From: a virus
Lineage: Duplodnaviria > Caudoviricetes
IMG/VR virus record: IMGVR_UViG_3300032226_000829
Length of the DNA stretch: 64,000 bases
Strand: one strand, 5' to 3'
The notes beneath the pieces are model-generated. The model worked only from the letters and a program-made list of their open reading frames with translations. It searched no databases and was not told where the DNA came from. The position numbers and the translations under genes were made by a program. Numbering within the stretch: position 1 is the stretch's first letter; every line of letters begins with the position of its first letter. Shown here in pieces: positions 9,038 to 19,800 of this stretch.

Positions 9038-9484
9038 CTAAGTACTCATCACATCTTTGAGATATTTCTTATTCCAATATTTGTAATAATTCTTTGATCG
9101 CAAGAATTTTCTAGCAGACTCTAATTTGGATCTTTTTTGACACAGTATAAGATTGTACAAACCGTTGTTGGTTCTCACGTTTTTAATTTGAGTTTCTTCA
9201 TCCCAATGATCAGCTAGGAATACATATTCCTTATGAGTATCATTCAATTGATCGCACAACTCATACATGTCTTTCTTTTTCATGCGAAATTCTTTGAGAT
9301 ACAACAGCACGTCCAAGGTTTCCAACAGTGTTTGGTCTTTTTCAAATCTAATCTTTTTGCGTACTCTGTCTAGGATCTTATATCGGGCACGGACAGCATA
9401 AGGACACACTGCCAACCCTCCCAATTCTGATTGAACCATGCTGAGATGTTTGGTCCAGAGCTTGATGTGTGATTTCATAGACAT
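9038..9484 (-). CDS. Hypothetical protein (GGLAVCPYA motif)
   Basis: Divergent late-like TTAAATA 7 nt upstream; ORF-track frame trimmed to the ATG at 9484. Confidence 0.6.
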   Translation of the reverse strand: MSMKSHIKLWTKHLSMVQSELGGLAVCPYAVRARYKILDRVRKKIRFEKDQTLLETLDVLLYLKEFRMKKKDMYELCDQLNDTHKEYVFLADHWDEETQIKNVRTNNGLYNLILCQKRSKLESARKFLRSKNYYKYWNKKYLKDVMST

Positions 9485-9509
9485 ATATGTGTATTTAATA
9501 AATATAGAC

Positions 9510-10094
9510 ATGTTTGTAATAGGCAACGGTGAAAGTCGAAAGCACATAAACCTCGACAAAATTAATCAAACCAAGATAGGCTGCAATGCTGTGTTTAGAG
9601 ATTGGCAAATGGATCATCTAGTTTGTTGTGATCGCAAGATGGTGTTGGAAGCTCTGCATGAAACCAATCCAGACCTTACCAAAATACACACCAGAGCTGA
9701 ATATATCAGTATGGATTCAAGATTGAGTTGTGTGCCAGATTTGCCTTATGAGAGCAAACTGAGACAGGATCAACCCATTCATTGGGGCAGTGGTCCTTAT
9801 GCTGTGCTGTTGGCCATAAAACTTATTCATTCCGATGAAACCATCCACCTGTTGGGATTTGATCTATATGGCACCGGAGAGAGAATCAATAATGTGTACA
9901 AAGACAGTGTGGGTTATAAAAAATCGCATGAAAGAGCAGTGGATCCTAGATATTGGATACATCAGTTGCACCAGTTGTTTGAATTGCATCCAAACATAAA
10001 ATTTGTGATGCATGTGACAGAATCTTTCGTCAAACCCACTGAATGGCATCATACCAATTTAGAATATCAGAGCTTGACAATGTTGCGGCAATAA
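9510..10094 (+). CDS. MptE/DUF115/sialyltransferase-fold (GT29/GT42-like) protein
   Basis: VIGNGESR...IGCNAV...SGPYA...LLGFDL. Confidence 0.6.
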   Translation: MFVIGNGESRKHINLDKINQTKIGCNAVFRDWQMDHLVCCDRKMVLEALHETNPDLTKIHTRAEYISMDSRLSCVPDLPYESKLRQDQPIHWGSGPYAVLLAIKLIHSDETIHLLGFDLYGTGERINNVYKDSVGYKKSHERAVDPRYWIHQLHQLFELHPNIKFVMHVTESFVKPTEWHHTNLEYQSLTMLRQ

Positions 10095-10102
10095 TGTAAT
10101 AA
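10074..10102 (+). promoter_or_regulatory. Sigma70-type promoter of queD
   Basis: TTGACA-N17-TAATAA. Confidence 0.5.
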
Positions 10103-10113
10103 TATATGATGTT

Positions 10114-10178
10114 TGTAATTTATGACAATTACGCATAGAGGACTTGGTATAATCCCTCTTTAAAAATTCTTCTACCAT
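10114..10178 (+). ncRNA. Candidate preQ1-I-like riboswitch (variant H-type pseudoknot) in the queD 5' UTR
   Basis: P0 GTAATT/AATTAC; P1 AGAGG(10137-41)/CCTCT(10155-59) preceded by C10154; A-rich TTAAAAA linker; P2 TGGTA(10145-49)/TACCA(10173-77). Confidence 0.55.
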
Positions 10179-10198
10179 ATTAAACAATAGGAGATAAT

Positions 10199-10726
10199 AT
10201 GGTGAAATATTACAGTACAAAAACATACGGCAACGACCGAGGTTTGAGTTGTTGTTTTAGACAGTGGCAGAGCACTCATTCACACTGTTCTTTGCTGCAT
10301 GGTTACAGCATAGGTATTAAATTAATTTTTGAATCAGAGACTCTGGATGATCGCAATTGGGTCATGGACTTTGGTGGATTGAAAGCATTCAAAGAATGGA
10401 GTGAACACATGTTTGATCACACATTGGTGGTGGCTGAAAATGATCCACACCTAGACAAATTTAAAGCATTGGCAGCATTGGGATTAAATTCAGTGGGCGG
10501 CATCTGTGATCTACGCATAGTGCCAGCAGTGGGCTGTGAAAAATTCAGCGAGTTGGTTTACAATGAGATGAACAAGATATTGAAAACTTTTCAGTCAGGC
10601 AAGACTTACAAGTTGCCCAACGGTAAAGGATTTGATTGCAGGTATCCTGTGGGTCAAGGAGTCAAATTGCATTCAGTAGAAGTGTTTGAACACGCAGGGA
10701 ATTCGGCCATATATCAAGCACAATAA
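10199..10726 (+). CDS. queD: 6-carboxy-tetrahydropterin synthase / PTPS (QueD family)
   Basis: HCSLLHGYS, WVMDFGGLK, FDHT, GCEKFSE, VEVFEH; AGGAG RBS. Confidence 0.85.
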   Translation: MVKYYSTKTYGNDRGLSCCFRQWQSTHSHCSLLHGYSIGIKLIFESETLDDRNWVMDFGGLKAFKEWSEHMFDHTLVVAENDPHLDKFKALAALGLNSVGGICDLRIVPAVGCEKFSELVYNEMNKILKTFQSGKTYKLPNGKGFDCRYPVGQGVKLHSVEVFEHAGNSAIYQAQ

Positions 10727-10738
10727 ATACTCCTGACC

Positions 10739-11443
10739 ATGTCTAACAATTATGTGTTGTGTCTCAAACACGGCAACAAATACAGTGCTGAATATGTGAA
10801 TGTGTTAAAAAAAATGACACAACGCAATCTCACAGTGGCACATGAATTTGTGTGTTTCACTGAAGATCCCAAAGGCATAGATCCAGACATCAGAATATTG
10901 CCACTGCCTGCAGTTGTTCTCAAAGGATGGTGGTACAAAACCATGCTGTTCAATCCCCACTTGCCCATACAAGGCACCATGCTGTTCATTGATTTGGATG
11001 TGATTATTTTTAAAAACATAGACAAATTGTTCACCCACAAGCCTGGAGAATTCTGTGTGTGCAGAGACTTCAACAGATGTTTTCAACCCAACTGGCAGAA
11101 GATGAACAGTTCAGTGGTGCGTTGGAGCACAGGACAACACCCACAGATTTACAACAATTTTATCAAAGATCCACACACCATCAGCAAGAGATTTCATGGA
11201 GATCAAGACTGGTTGTTTGATCAGGTCAAAAAACACTATCAGTTCTGGCCTGATGAATGGATACAATCCTACAAGTGGGAGATGCGTGGCAATCCCAAAT
11301 TGGTGAGACAGAAGACAGGTTTCAAAAACTTCACATCACCTGGTGAGCCCAAAATTAAATCAGACACTGCTGTGGCTGTGTTTCACGGTGATCCCAATCC
11401 TAGAGAATGCGTGGATCCTTGGTGTCAAACCCATTGGAAATAG
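10739..11443 (+). CDS. GT-A glycosyltransferase (GT8-like)
   Basis: CLKHGNKYS, GWWYK, FIDLDVII (DxD), NSSV, GDQDW, VFHGDPNP. Confidence 0.8.
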   Translation: MSNNYVLCLKHGNKYSAEYVNVLKKMTQRNLTVAHEFVCFTEDPKGIDPDIRILPLPAVVLKGWWYKTMLFNPHLPIQGTMLFIDLDVIIFKNIDKLFTHKPGEFCVCRDFNRCFQPNWQKMNSSVVRWSTGQHPQIYNNFIKDPHTISKRFHGDQDWLFDQVKKHYQFWPDEWIQSYKWEMRGNPKLVRQKTGFKNFTSPGEPKIKSDTAVAVFHGDPNPRECVDPWCQTHWK

Positions 11444-11457
11444 CCATTGAATTCACA

Positions 11458-11486
11458 TTGACTGCAGTCAAAATATCGCATATACT
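11458..11486 (+). promoter_or_regulatory. Sigma70-type promoter of uvsE
   Basis: TTGACT-N17-TATACT, ATG 6 nt later. Confidence 0.65.
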
Positions 11487-11492
11487 AATAGT

Positions 11493-12545
11493 ATGATCAA
11501 AAGAATAGGTTTCTGCTGTCAATGGTTTCATCATGATAGAACTCTTAAAAAGAAACAACTGGAAGAATTAGAACGTCCTTACAATACCAGAGCTACCACT
11601 GTGCGTTGGTTGAACGAACACAAGGAACAAGCCGAAGAAAAACTGGCATTTGTGTTCAAACACAATATAGATGGCATCAAGAATTTAATATTAAAAGTGT
11701 CTGAACTGCCTGTGAGCAGAAGAATGTGCAGAATATCATCACCCATACTGCCAGTGGCCACTGAAAACACTTGGAGATACTATTGGGATAAACCAGAAAT
11801 TATAAAGTATTGCGAACAACATTTTGCTGAAGCAGGCGATTTGGCTCGCAAACACAATGTTAAAGTATCTTTCCATCCAGGACAATTCACGGTGTTGGCA
11901 TCGGATAATCCAGACATAGTGGAAAGAAGCATAGACGAATTTGAATATCATGTGCGTATGGCGAAAATGATGGGTTTTGGTAAGAAATGGCAGGATGGTT
12001 GTAAAATCAATGTACACATATCCGGTCGTCAAGGTCCAGAAGGTATTATAAAAGCATTGCCTAGATAAAGCCCTGAAGCTCGTAACTTAATCACCATTGA
12101 AAATGATGAAATGGGTTGGGGGTTGGATGCCACACTCAAATTAGAGAAACATGTGGCACTGGTGCTGGACATACATCATCACCTTATACGAGATGAAGAA
12201 TACATACGTCCCACTGATGACAGAGTCAAAAGAGTCATAGACAGTTGGAGAGGCGTGCGACCCACCATGCATTATTCTTATTTTAGAGATGAAGCTTTAA
12301 TGCCAGCATTTGATGCTGACACACAGCACATGATGCATAAAAATATGTTGCCCATGAAAGACTTAATAACGTTGGGCTGTCAAAAGGTAAAATTGAGATC
12401 TCACAGTGATCTGTTGCCCAATGCAGCACACAATGAATGGGCACTGTCATTTTTAGAATGCATGGACATTCAGGTGGAAGCAAAGGCCAAGAACTTGGCA
12501 GCTGAACAACTGCACAATCAGGCACAAGCTCTGGGTCTACTGTAA
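11493..12545 (+). pseudogene. uvsE: UV-damage endonuclease UvsE/UVDE interrupted by one in-frame TAA at 12066-12068
   Basis: RIGFCC, RMCRISS, SFHPGQF, INVH, then KALPR*SPEARNLITIENDE, LDIHHH, HYS, HSD, EAKAK all in one frame. Confidence 0.85.
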
Positions 12546-12556
12546 TAAATACTGCC

Positions 12557-13126
12557 ATGCAAGACATGAAGCAGTGGATCGAATTGTTCGAAACCAAACA
12601 AAAACGTGAAAAAACCCTAGTGTTGGAAACATTGCCTTATGGCATGGGTGATTTGGATCCTGTGCTGAGCCGTGCCAATGTGGAATATCATTATGGAGTA
12701 TTGAGCCGAGGTTATGTGAATCGATACAACACAGGAGAAGGTGATCCTGATTTCAATTATGGTGGTGCTAAATTGCACAATTTATTTTGGGCTCAATTGC
12801 AAGCACCCCGAGGCAGCAATCTTCCTCAAGGCACAATAAAAGAATTCATAAACGAACATCATAAAGATTATGACAGTTTTAAAGAAACGTTACTTTTGAC
12901 CACTATGAAACTGCAAGGATCTGGATGGGTGTACTTGTCTCGATCAGGAGAGATCAAAACCACTCCCAATCAAACATATCGAACTGATATTTTAATGCCC
13001 ATAGATATGTGGGAACATTCATTTATGGATTATGTGCCGGCAAAAGATGCCAAGAAACGCTACATTACAAATATTTTTAAAATAATCAATTGGTCTACAA
13101 TCAACGACCGTTTGAACACAAAATAA
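12557..13126 (+). CDS. sod: Fe/Mn superoxide dismutase
   Basis: LPY, EYHYG, LHNLFW, QGSGW, DMWEH; four metal ligands present. Confidence 0.88.
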   Translation: MQDMKQWIELFETKQKREKTLVLETLPYGMGDLDPVLSRANVEYHYGVLSRGYVNRYNTGEGDPDFNYGGAKLHNLFWAQLQAPRGSNLPQGTIKEFINEHHKDYDSFKETLLLTTMKLQGSGWVYLSRSGEIKTTPNQTYRTDILMPIDMWEHSFMDYVPAKDAKKRYITNIFKIINWSTINDRLNTK

Positions 13127-13414
13127 TCACAATTCATCTATAGGTGTATCACTGCTGACATTCATGTCCAGTATTTTGCGTTGCCGCACACCTTGTTGCT
13201 GTGCAAAACGCTTGGGATCACATGCACCGCACACATGCTTGTAATCATTGCTGATGCGTTTGATGGCTATGCTGCCTTTCTCCCTTTCAAACAGTGCATT
13301 GCAACTGTCACACTGGAACTTATAGTAGGTTTTGTGACGCACACAGGTGTGTTTTGTGCCCAGTTTACTGATGCGTTCAGTAAGATGTTGTTTCACAACT
13401 TTTTCTAAAAACAT
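13127..13414 (-). CDS. Putative Zn-binding protein
   Basis: CDSC...CGAC; late-like GTAAATA 7 nt upstream. Confidence 0.6.
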   Translation of the reverse strand: MFLEKVVKQHLTERISKLGTKHTCVRHKTYYKFQCDSCNALFEREKGSIAIKRISNDYKHVCGACDPKRFAQQQGVRQRKILDMNVSSDTPIDEL

Positions 13415-13477
13415 ATACTTGTATTTACATTAGGATTTGTGTTTTTTTAATAAATAATTGAAACAGAACGGAAACAC

Positions 13478-13825
13478 ATGGCTGTAATCACTGTCACTGA
13501 AAGAGCAATCGAAAAGATCAAAGAGTTGTGTCATCACAACAACAAATATGCTGTGAGACTCAGCATCAAAGGTGGTGGGTGTGCAGGTTATTCCTACGAT
13601 TGGGGATTTGCTGATCAATCAGAAATTGCACCTGGAGATGAGCTGTTAAACTTTGGCAATGGAACCAAGTTCACCATAGATGCTGCCAGTGTGATGTATA
13701 TTCTAGGCACTGAGTTGGATTATGTGACTGAAGTGTTTGGATCACATTTTGACATTCGCAATCCCAATGCCAAGAGCGCATGTGGTTGTGGTGAGAGCAT
13801 CAGTTTTGAAAAGGAGACAGCATAA
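13478..13825 (+). CDS. iscA: A-type Fe-S cluster carrier (IscA/HesB/ErpA family)
   Basis: GGGCAGYSY...NPNAKSACGCGES. Confidence 0.93.
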   Translation: MAVITVTERAIEKIKELCHHNNKYAVRLSIKGGGCAGYSYDWGFADQSEIAPGDELLNFGNGTKFTIDAASVMYILGTELDYVTEVFGSHFDIRNPNAKSACGCGESISFEKETA

Positions 13826-13828
13826 CAC

Positions 13829-16800
13829 ATGGCCAAACAGAATATCAATATCGGAGTGGAAGGTAACGACGGTACCGGCGATAGTATTCGCGATGCGTTT
13901 AGGAAAGCGAATGAAAACTTCACGGAACTTTATGCAGTTTTTGGACAAGGTGGACAGATTGCTTTCACATCACTGAGTGACACTCCTGACACACTGGGCA
14001 TATTCAAACTGCCTATCAGCAACAGCACCGGCACAGAATTAGAAATGAGATCATTGTCTGGTGGTGTGGGTATCTCTGTGAGTTTAGCCACAGCAGGTCA
14101 GATTGTGATCAGCAACACCGGCAGTGAGTTGGTGGATGACCTTTCACCCAGTCTAGGAGGTCCGCTGAATGCCAATGGGTTTGCAGTGGGCAACGCAGAA
14201 GTCACCAGCCAAGCAGTGAGCAATTTTAATTCCACACATGGAACCAACATCACCATAGATGAATTATTAATCACCAAAGGCTACGCAGATCAAAGATATA
14301 TCAAACTGGGTGGAGGAGCATCAGGAGCAGCAGGTCAGATACGAGTGAGAAGTGAGCCTGTGGATGCCACAGCCTACACCAAGACCATCTCCAGCTACTC
14401 TGCAGGCAACGCAGTGGTCACAGCTCACGGTTTTGACAGCAGTGTGAATGGTTTAGAAGTAATTTACAACACCACTGGTTCTGCTGCTTCAGGATTGGTG
14501 AATGGCAGCACATATTACATCAGATATGTGAATGATAATCAATTAAGTTTTCACGCTAGTTTTGCTCAAGCCACCAACAATGATGACGTTACCAGAATAA
14601 AAATCACTGTGGCAGGCGGCACAGGCACACAGACATTCACTGATGCTGCTTATGATGACACACTGGCAGGATTCTTCCTCAGCGATGAGGCCATGCCAAG
14701 AGAATCTATTGTGAGACGTCAAGGAGACACCATGACTGGTGCTCTTTATCTGCATGACCATCCAGGAGATTTGTCAGGATTAGGCGCACCCAATGGTACA
14801 GATGATTTACAAGCAGCCACTAAATTTTATGTGGACAACACCAGTTATGCTTCAGAGTCCAATCTATTTGTGAGCACTAGAGGTGATGACAGAATGGATG
14901 GTGTGCCACCAGATAAGGTAGGCAGATCATTCAGTTACGCATACAAAAGTATCAATGCTGCTTGTGTAAAAGCTGAAGAAATCATGCTGGCCACTCCAGT
15001 AGAGTTAGGACCTTACACTCAGACCATCACTTATGATGATGGAGCCAGTGATTCCATAGTGGTCACAGAAGGTGTCACCAGCGGCAGCGGTTACAACAAT
15101 GTGAAATTGTTGATAGACGCCAACAGAACATTCATTATCAAACAGATGATAGGCTTTGTGAATGCTACCTATCCCAACTTTACCTATGATGAATTGATTT
15201 GTGAAAGAGATTTAGGATATATTCTGGATGGTATTGTGATTGATGTGTTGGCAGATCTCAATTCCAATGTTCGCAGCATTCAAGCAGGTATCAGATACTA
15301 CAGCAATGTGAGTGCTGCCAAGGCCATCAATCAGCAACTCACAGAAACACTGGCAGGTATCAACTATGCCAAAAGCATCACCAACACTGTGTTACAAAAT
15401 AATGCTGTGACCCCTATCTACAACGCTGGCTTCACTCAAACATTTGATGCGCCCAGCACTGTGAACTCCACAGGTAGATCATCAGTGGGAGCAAAATTTG
15501 ACATCATCACCAACATCATTCAGAATGGTATCAGCAGTGCTCCACCAGAAGTGGAAGGCAGCACATACACCATGACCATCAGCAATGGTGGATTTGGCAA
15601 TGTGGATCAAAATGATCCCAGCAATCAAGATTTGATTCCAGGCAAATTGATCCGAGGCAAGACCACTGGTGCCATAGGCAGAATTGTTTCTGTCGCAGCA
15701 GGCGGCGCAGCAGACACAGTGCAAGTGATATTGATTGAACCATTGGAGTTTTTAGTGGGTGAAGGTTTGGAATTTGCTTCACAATTCAAACGCAACAACA
15801 TCACCATCAGAGTGGAGAGCGGTACCTATCTGGAAGATTTCCCCATCAGAGTGCCAGATGGAGTCAGCATCAAAGGTGATGAATTTAGACGAGTGATCAT
15901 TCGACCCAAGAATAGAATTTCACAATCTCAGTTTGCCAACACATATTTCTACAGAGATTTAGTGATAGATGGTCTCACAGTGACCACCACCAACTTTGGA
16001 CGTCACTATCTAGTGAATCCCACTGCAGTGGTCAACACTGGTGTCAATTATACGAACGTGGGTGGCTATGACACTCAGGCCTTGACCATATTAAATGCCA
16101 AACCTGCCATACAGAATGCTGTGGTGAGTTATGTGAATTCATTGTTGAGTCCCAGCTCGTTGAATGCTGCCAATGAAGCAAGGAATCGCAGAGAGACTGG
16201 TACAATTGTGGATGCCATATTTTCAGATTTGAAGACTGGTGGCAATGAAAAAATATTGGAAGTGCAAGGCAACTTCTACAACTCAGGACTGATTGCTCAA
16301 GAGCAAGCAGGCATCAGCTACATTGCTACCTATATCAATGCCTCAGTGATTGCATCTGCTTCTGCAACCATTAAAAACATTGTCACCGCACAGATGGCTC
16401 GTGTGGTGTATGCATTCAATGGTTCATACAATCCTCCCAAACACAACAGAAACATGGATATGTTCCTCATGGGAGAAGCTACCATTTTGAGAAATATCAG
16501 TTCGCAAGGTCAAGGTGGATTCATGTGCGTGTTTGATCCTGCTTCACAAATTTTAAACAAATCACCTTACATTCAAACAGCTTCCAGTTTTTCTGCCAGC
16601 ATCAACACTCAAGCATTCCGAGGTGGTATGTTTGTGGATGGTTCATGCGGCAACATACCCATCAACATCACCAATGTGGTTAACCCATTCGAATTGGATG
16701 TGGACAGCAACGCTGGTCAAGGATTATTCATAAGAAAACCACTCACTCCCACTGCGTTCTATATTGATGGTGTGAGATATCAAGTGGATGCGATCAAAAA

Positions 16801-19800
16801 TTATGACGGACCAGCAGGCACAGCAACTTTATTGTTGAATGCCAGCAGCAATGGCGGATCAGGCTTTGTGATCACTTCACCCATTCCTTACACCACTATT
16901 CTGCAGACAGCAGGCAATAGATCCATGTTGGCCAATGACTTCACACAAGTGAACGATTTGGGTTATGGTCTTTTGGTTACCAATGGTGCATTGTCTGAAC
17001 AAGTGAGCACATTCACTTACTACTGTCATGCTGCCTACATGGCATTGAATGGAGGACAGATCAGATCTTTGAACGGCAGTAATGCCAATGGTGTGTATGG
17101 ATTAGTGGCTCAAGGTTCAGATCCTTTGGAAGTTCCAGATGATGTGGATCTGGTACGCAACATGGCACAAGTGGCCAAAGTGTATGATGATGGAGCCACC
17201 TATGATCACCCATTGCTGGCACTGAGCATTTATGTGTACGATTTAGAATATGTACCTCACAACAGATCTGAAATTGAAATAGATCACGATCCTTTGGATT
17301 CATCTGTGACTCTGGGCATACAAAGATATGAAGTGGCCAGTGTGGAATTGGTATCACCACCCATCACTGTGACAGGTCCTTCTGTCACACGTAATGGCAC
17401 AGTGTACAAATTAAATCTCAGCACTGCCGGCACTGACAATGCTTCCACCACAGGACTCAAAGCAGTGTTGTCTAATCAACAGAACGTGACCATCAGAGCC
17501 AGTCAATCGCATCAATTCAGCAACGTGGGCAATGTGTCTCCCACACGTCCCAGCACAGCATTGGTATTTTATGATGACACCACTGATGTAGTTTATAGAA
17601 CCACAGCATTCAACACCACCAACGCAGTGGGCACAGCATTGCCATCCAACAACGTGATTGCTTCTTTTGATACCACATTTGATTCTGTAAGATTACAAAT
17701 ACGACCAGCATCAGCTGTGTTAACTACCTACGCTGGCACAGGAACTACCATGGGAGCCACAGCAGGCGACGTGGTGTTGGCCATTGAACAAATCACTGAA
17801 GCTGTGGACATTACCAGATTGAACACAGGCAACATGAGCTTTGGTTGGGCAGGTAAAACACACAGAGTCACAGGCTATGTGGACCGAGGCACTTATGCCA
17901 CTGTGAGCATTGTGGATATCAGCAATATCAATACCTCAGGACCAGCAGCGGGAATTCAAGAAACATTGGTGCGTGGTGCTGGCACAGAAAACATTGTGTT
18001 GCGTTGCGGACTATTGGCTGGTGCCAATGCAGACATCACAGTGAAAATTTCCACCTGTAGAGCCACAGGACACGATTTCTTAGACATTGGCACAGGATCA
18101 TTCAACAACAGCAACTACCCCAATAATATTTTTGGTGATCCCACAGCATTGCCTGCACAAGAAAATGAAGTGGATGAACGAGGCAAAGGTAGAGTGTTCT
18201 ATGTGAGCACCGATCAAGACGGTGTGTTTAGAGTGGGTAGATTCTTCACAGTGGATCAAGGCACTGGATCAGTCACATTCTCAGCTTCAATTGCACTCAG
18301 CAACTTGGATGGATTAGGATTCAAACGAGGTGTGGTAGCATCAGAATTCAGCACAGACTCTGCTATGACAGACAATGCTTCGGATACCATACCCACAGAA
18401 TCAGCTGTGCGTGGTTACGTGGATAGAAGATTACATTACACACAAGGCAGTTCATTGGTGGGCAATCCTATTGGACCTGGTGCAATAGCCAGAGATGGAA
18501 CCACCAGTTTCACTGCTGATATCAGTGCAGGCGGATTCAAACTGATCACATTGGGCGCTCCCACTTCATCACAGGATGCTGCCAACAAAGCCTATGTGGA
18601 TCAAACATTGTATGCCAGTGATCAGGTAGAAAATTTAAGAAATGTGGACATTGCAGGGTTTGCTGCCAATCAGATATTGGTGTTCAATGGCAGACTTAGA
18701 ATATTCACCACACCAGAAACAGGCGGATTGTTTGCAGTGGGCAACACCATCACAGGCAGCAGCACAGGCACAGTGGCCACCATAGTGGATTATGAATCAG
18801 TGGTATTGCCGGGCGCATTGAATGCAAGACGCATAACTTTTGCATCAGTGTCAGGTCCTGGCTTCAGCACATTGGATTCTATCAGCACAGGTGGTGGGGT
18901 ATCAGCACAAATAATTGATGGTCCAATGAATGAATTGGCCAATGGAGTGATGAGTGGCAGTACAGATATTTCAATCACAGCCACAAGAAGCACTGCACAA
19001 ACAGATTTAAATTTACAAATAGTAGCTGGCAGCATCATCAATGCAGATGTGAACGCAGCCGCAGCCATTCAGCAGAGCAAGTTGGCCATGACAGCTGCCA
19101 CCACCAGAGTGAACGCCACAGGCATCAGTCAGGCAGATCTTGGATTGGCCAGCTTTGATTCCAGCACTTTCACAGTGACCAACGGCTGGGTGCAGATTGA
19201 TTCAGGTGATTTGGCCATCAGCAAGATTGAGAACATGGCCACTGACACAGTGATAGGTCGCAGTGCAGCTGGCACAGGAGCTCCCAGCGCCATAGCATTC
19301 AGCACAGTGATCAGTGATGGTGGAGGATTAGAAGATGGAGATTTTGCCACAGAATTACTGGCTGCATTGGATCCAGGAGAAGCACTGATCAAAACAGGTG
19401 CCACTTCATATGCTCGAACCAATGTGAGCACCTCAGGCGAAGTGAACAGTATTATTAAATCAGATGCCACAGGCATTGTGGATGTGGCAGCATTGAAGTT
19501 GGATGGACAACTGTTGATAGACAGCAACACCGGCACCAACACTTCGCTGTTCTACACCAGAGGCAGCGTTAATTTTTTACAAGCAGTGGGCAATACCACT
19601 GCCAACACCACACTCACATTCACAGGTAGAAAATTTCAATTTGGTGGTAGCACAGTGCCCAATTCACCCACTGCTGATGCACTGCAGAGCGCGGCATTGA
19701 ATGAAGGCCGAGGCATAGCCACACCTCACTTGTTCACAAAATTCATTGAAACAGATTCAGTGGAATCAGGCGGCACAGGTATAGCACTGGGAGCAGGTGG

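Noticed and set aside
12066-12068. Stop-codon reassignment as an explanation for the uvsE TAA
   Set aside because: TAA, TAG and TGA all terminate well-recognised genes at their expected ends, and this is the only in-frame interruption seen.
12620-12660. Loss of a metal-ligand His in SOD
   Set aside because: On alignment the ligand is the His of EYHYG, which is present; only second-sphere residues changed.
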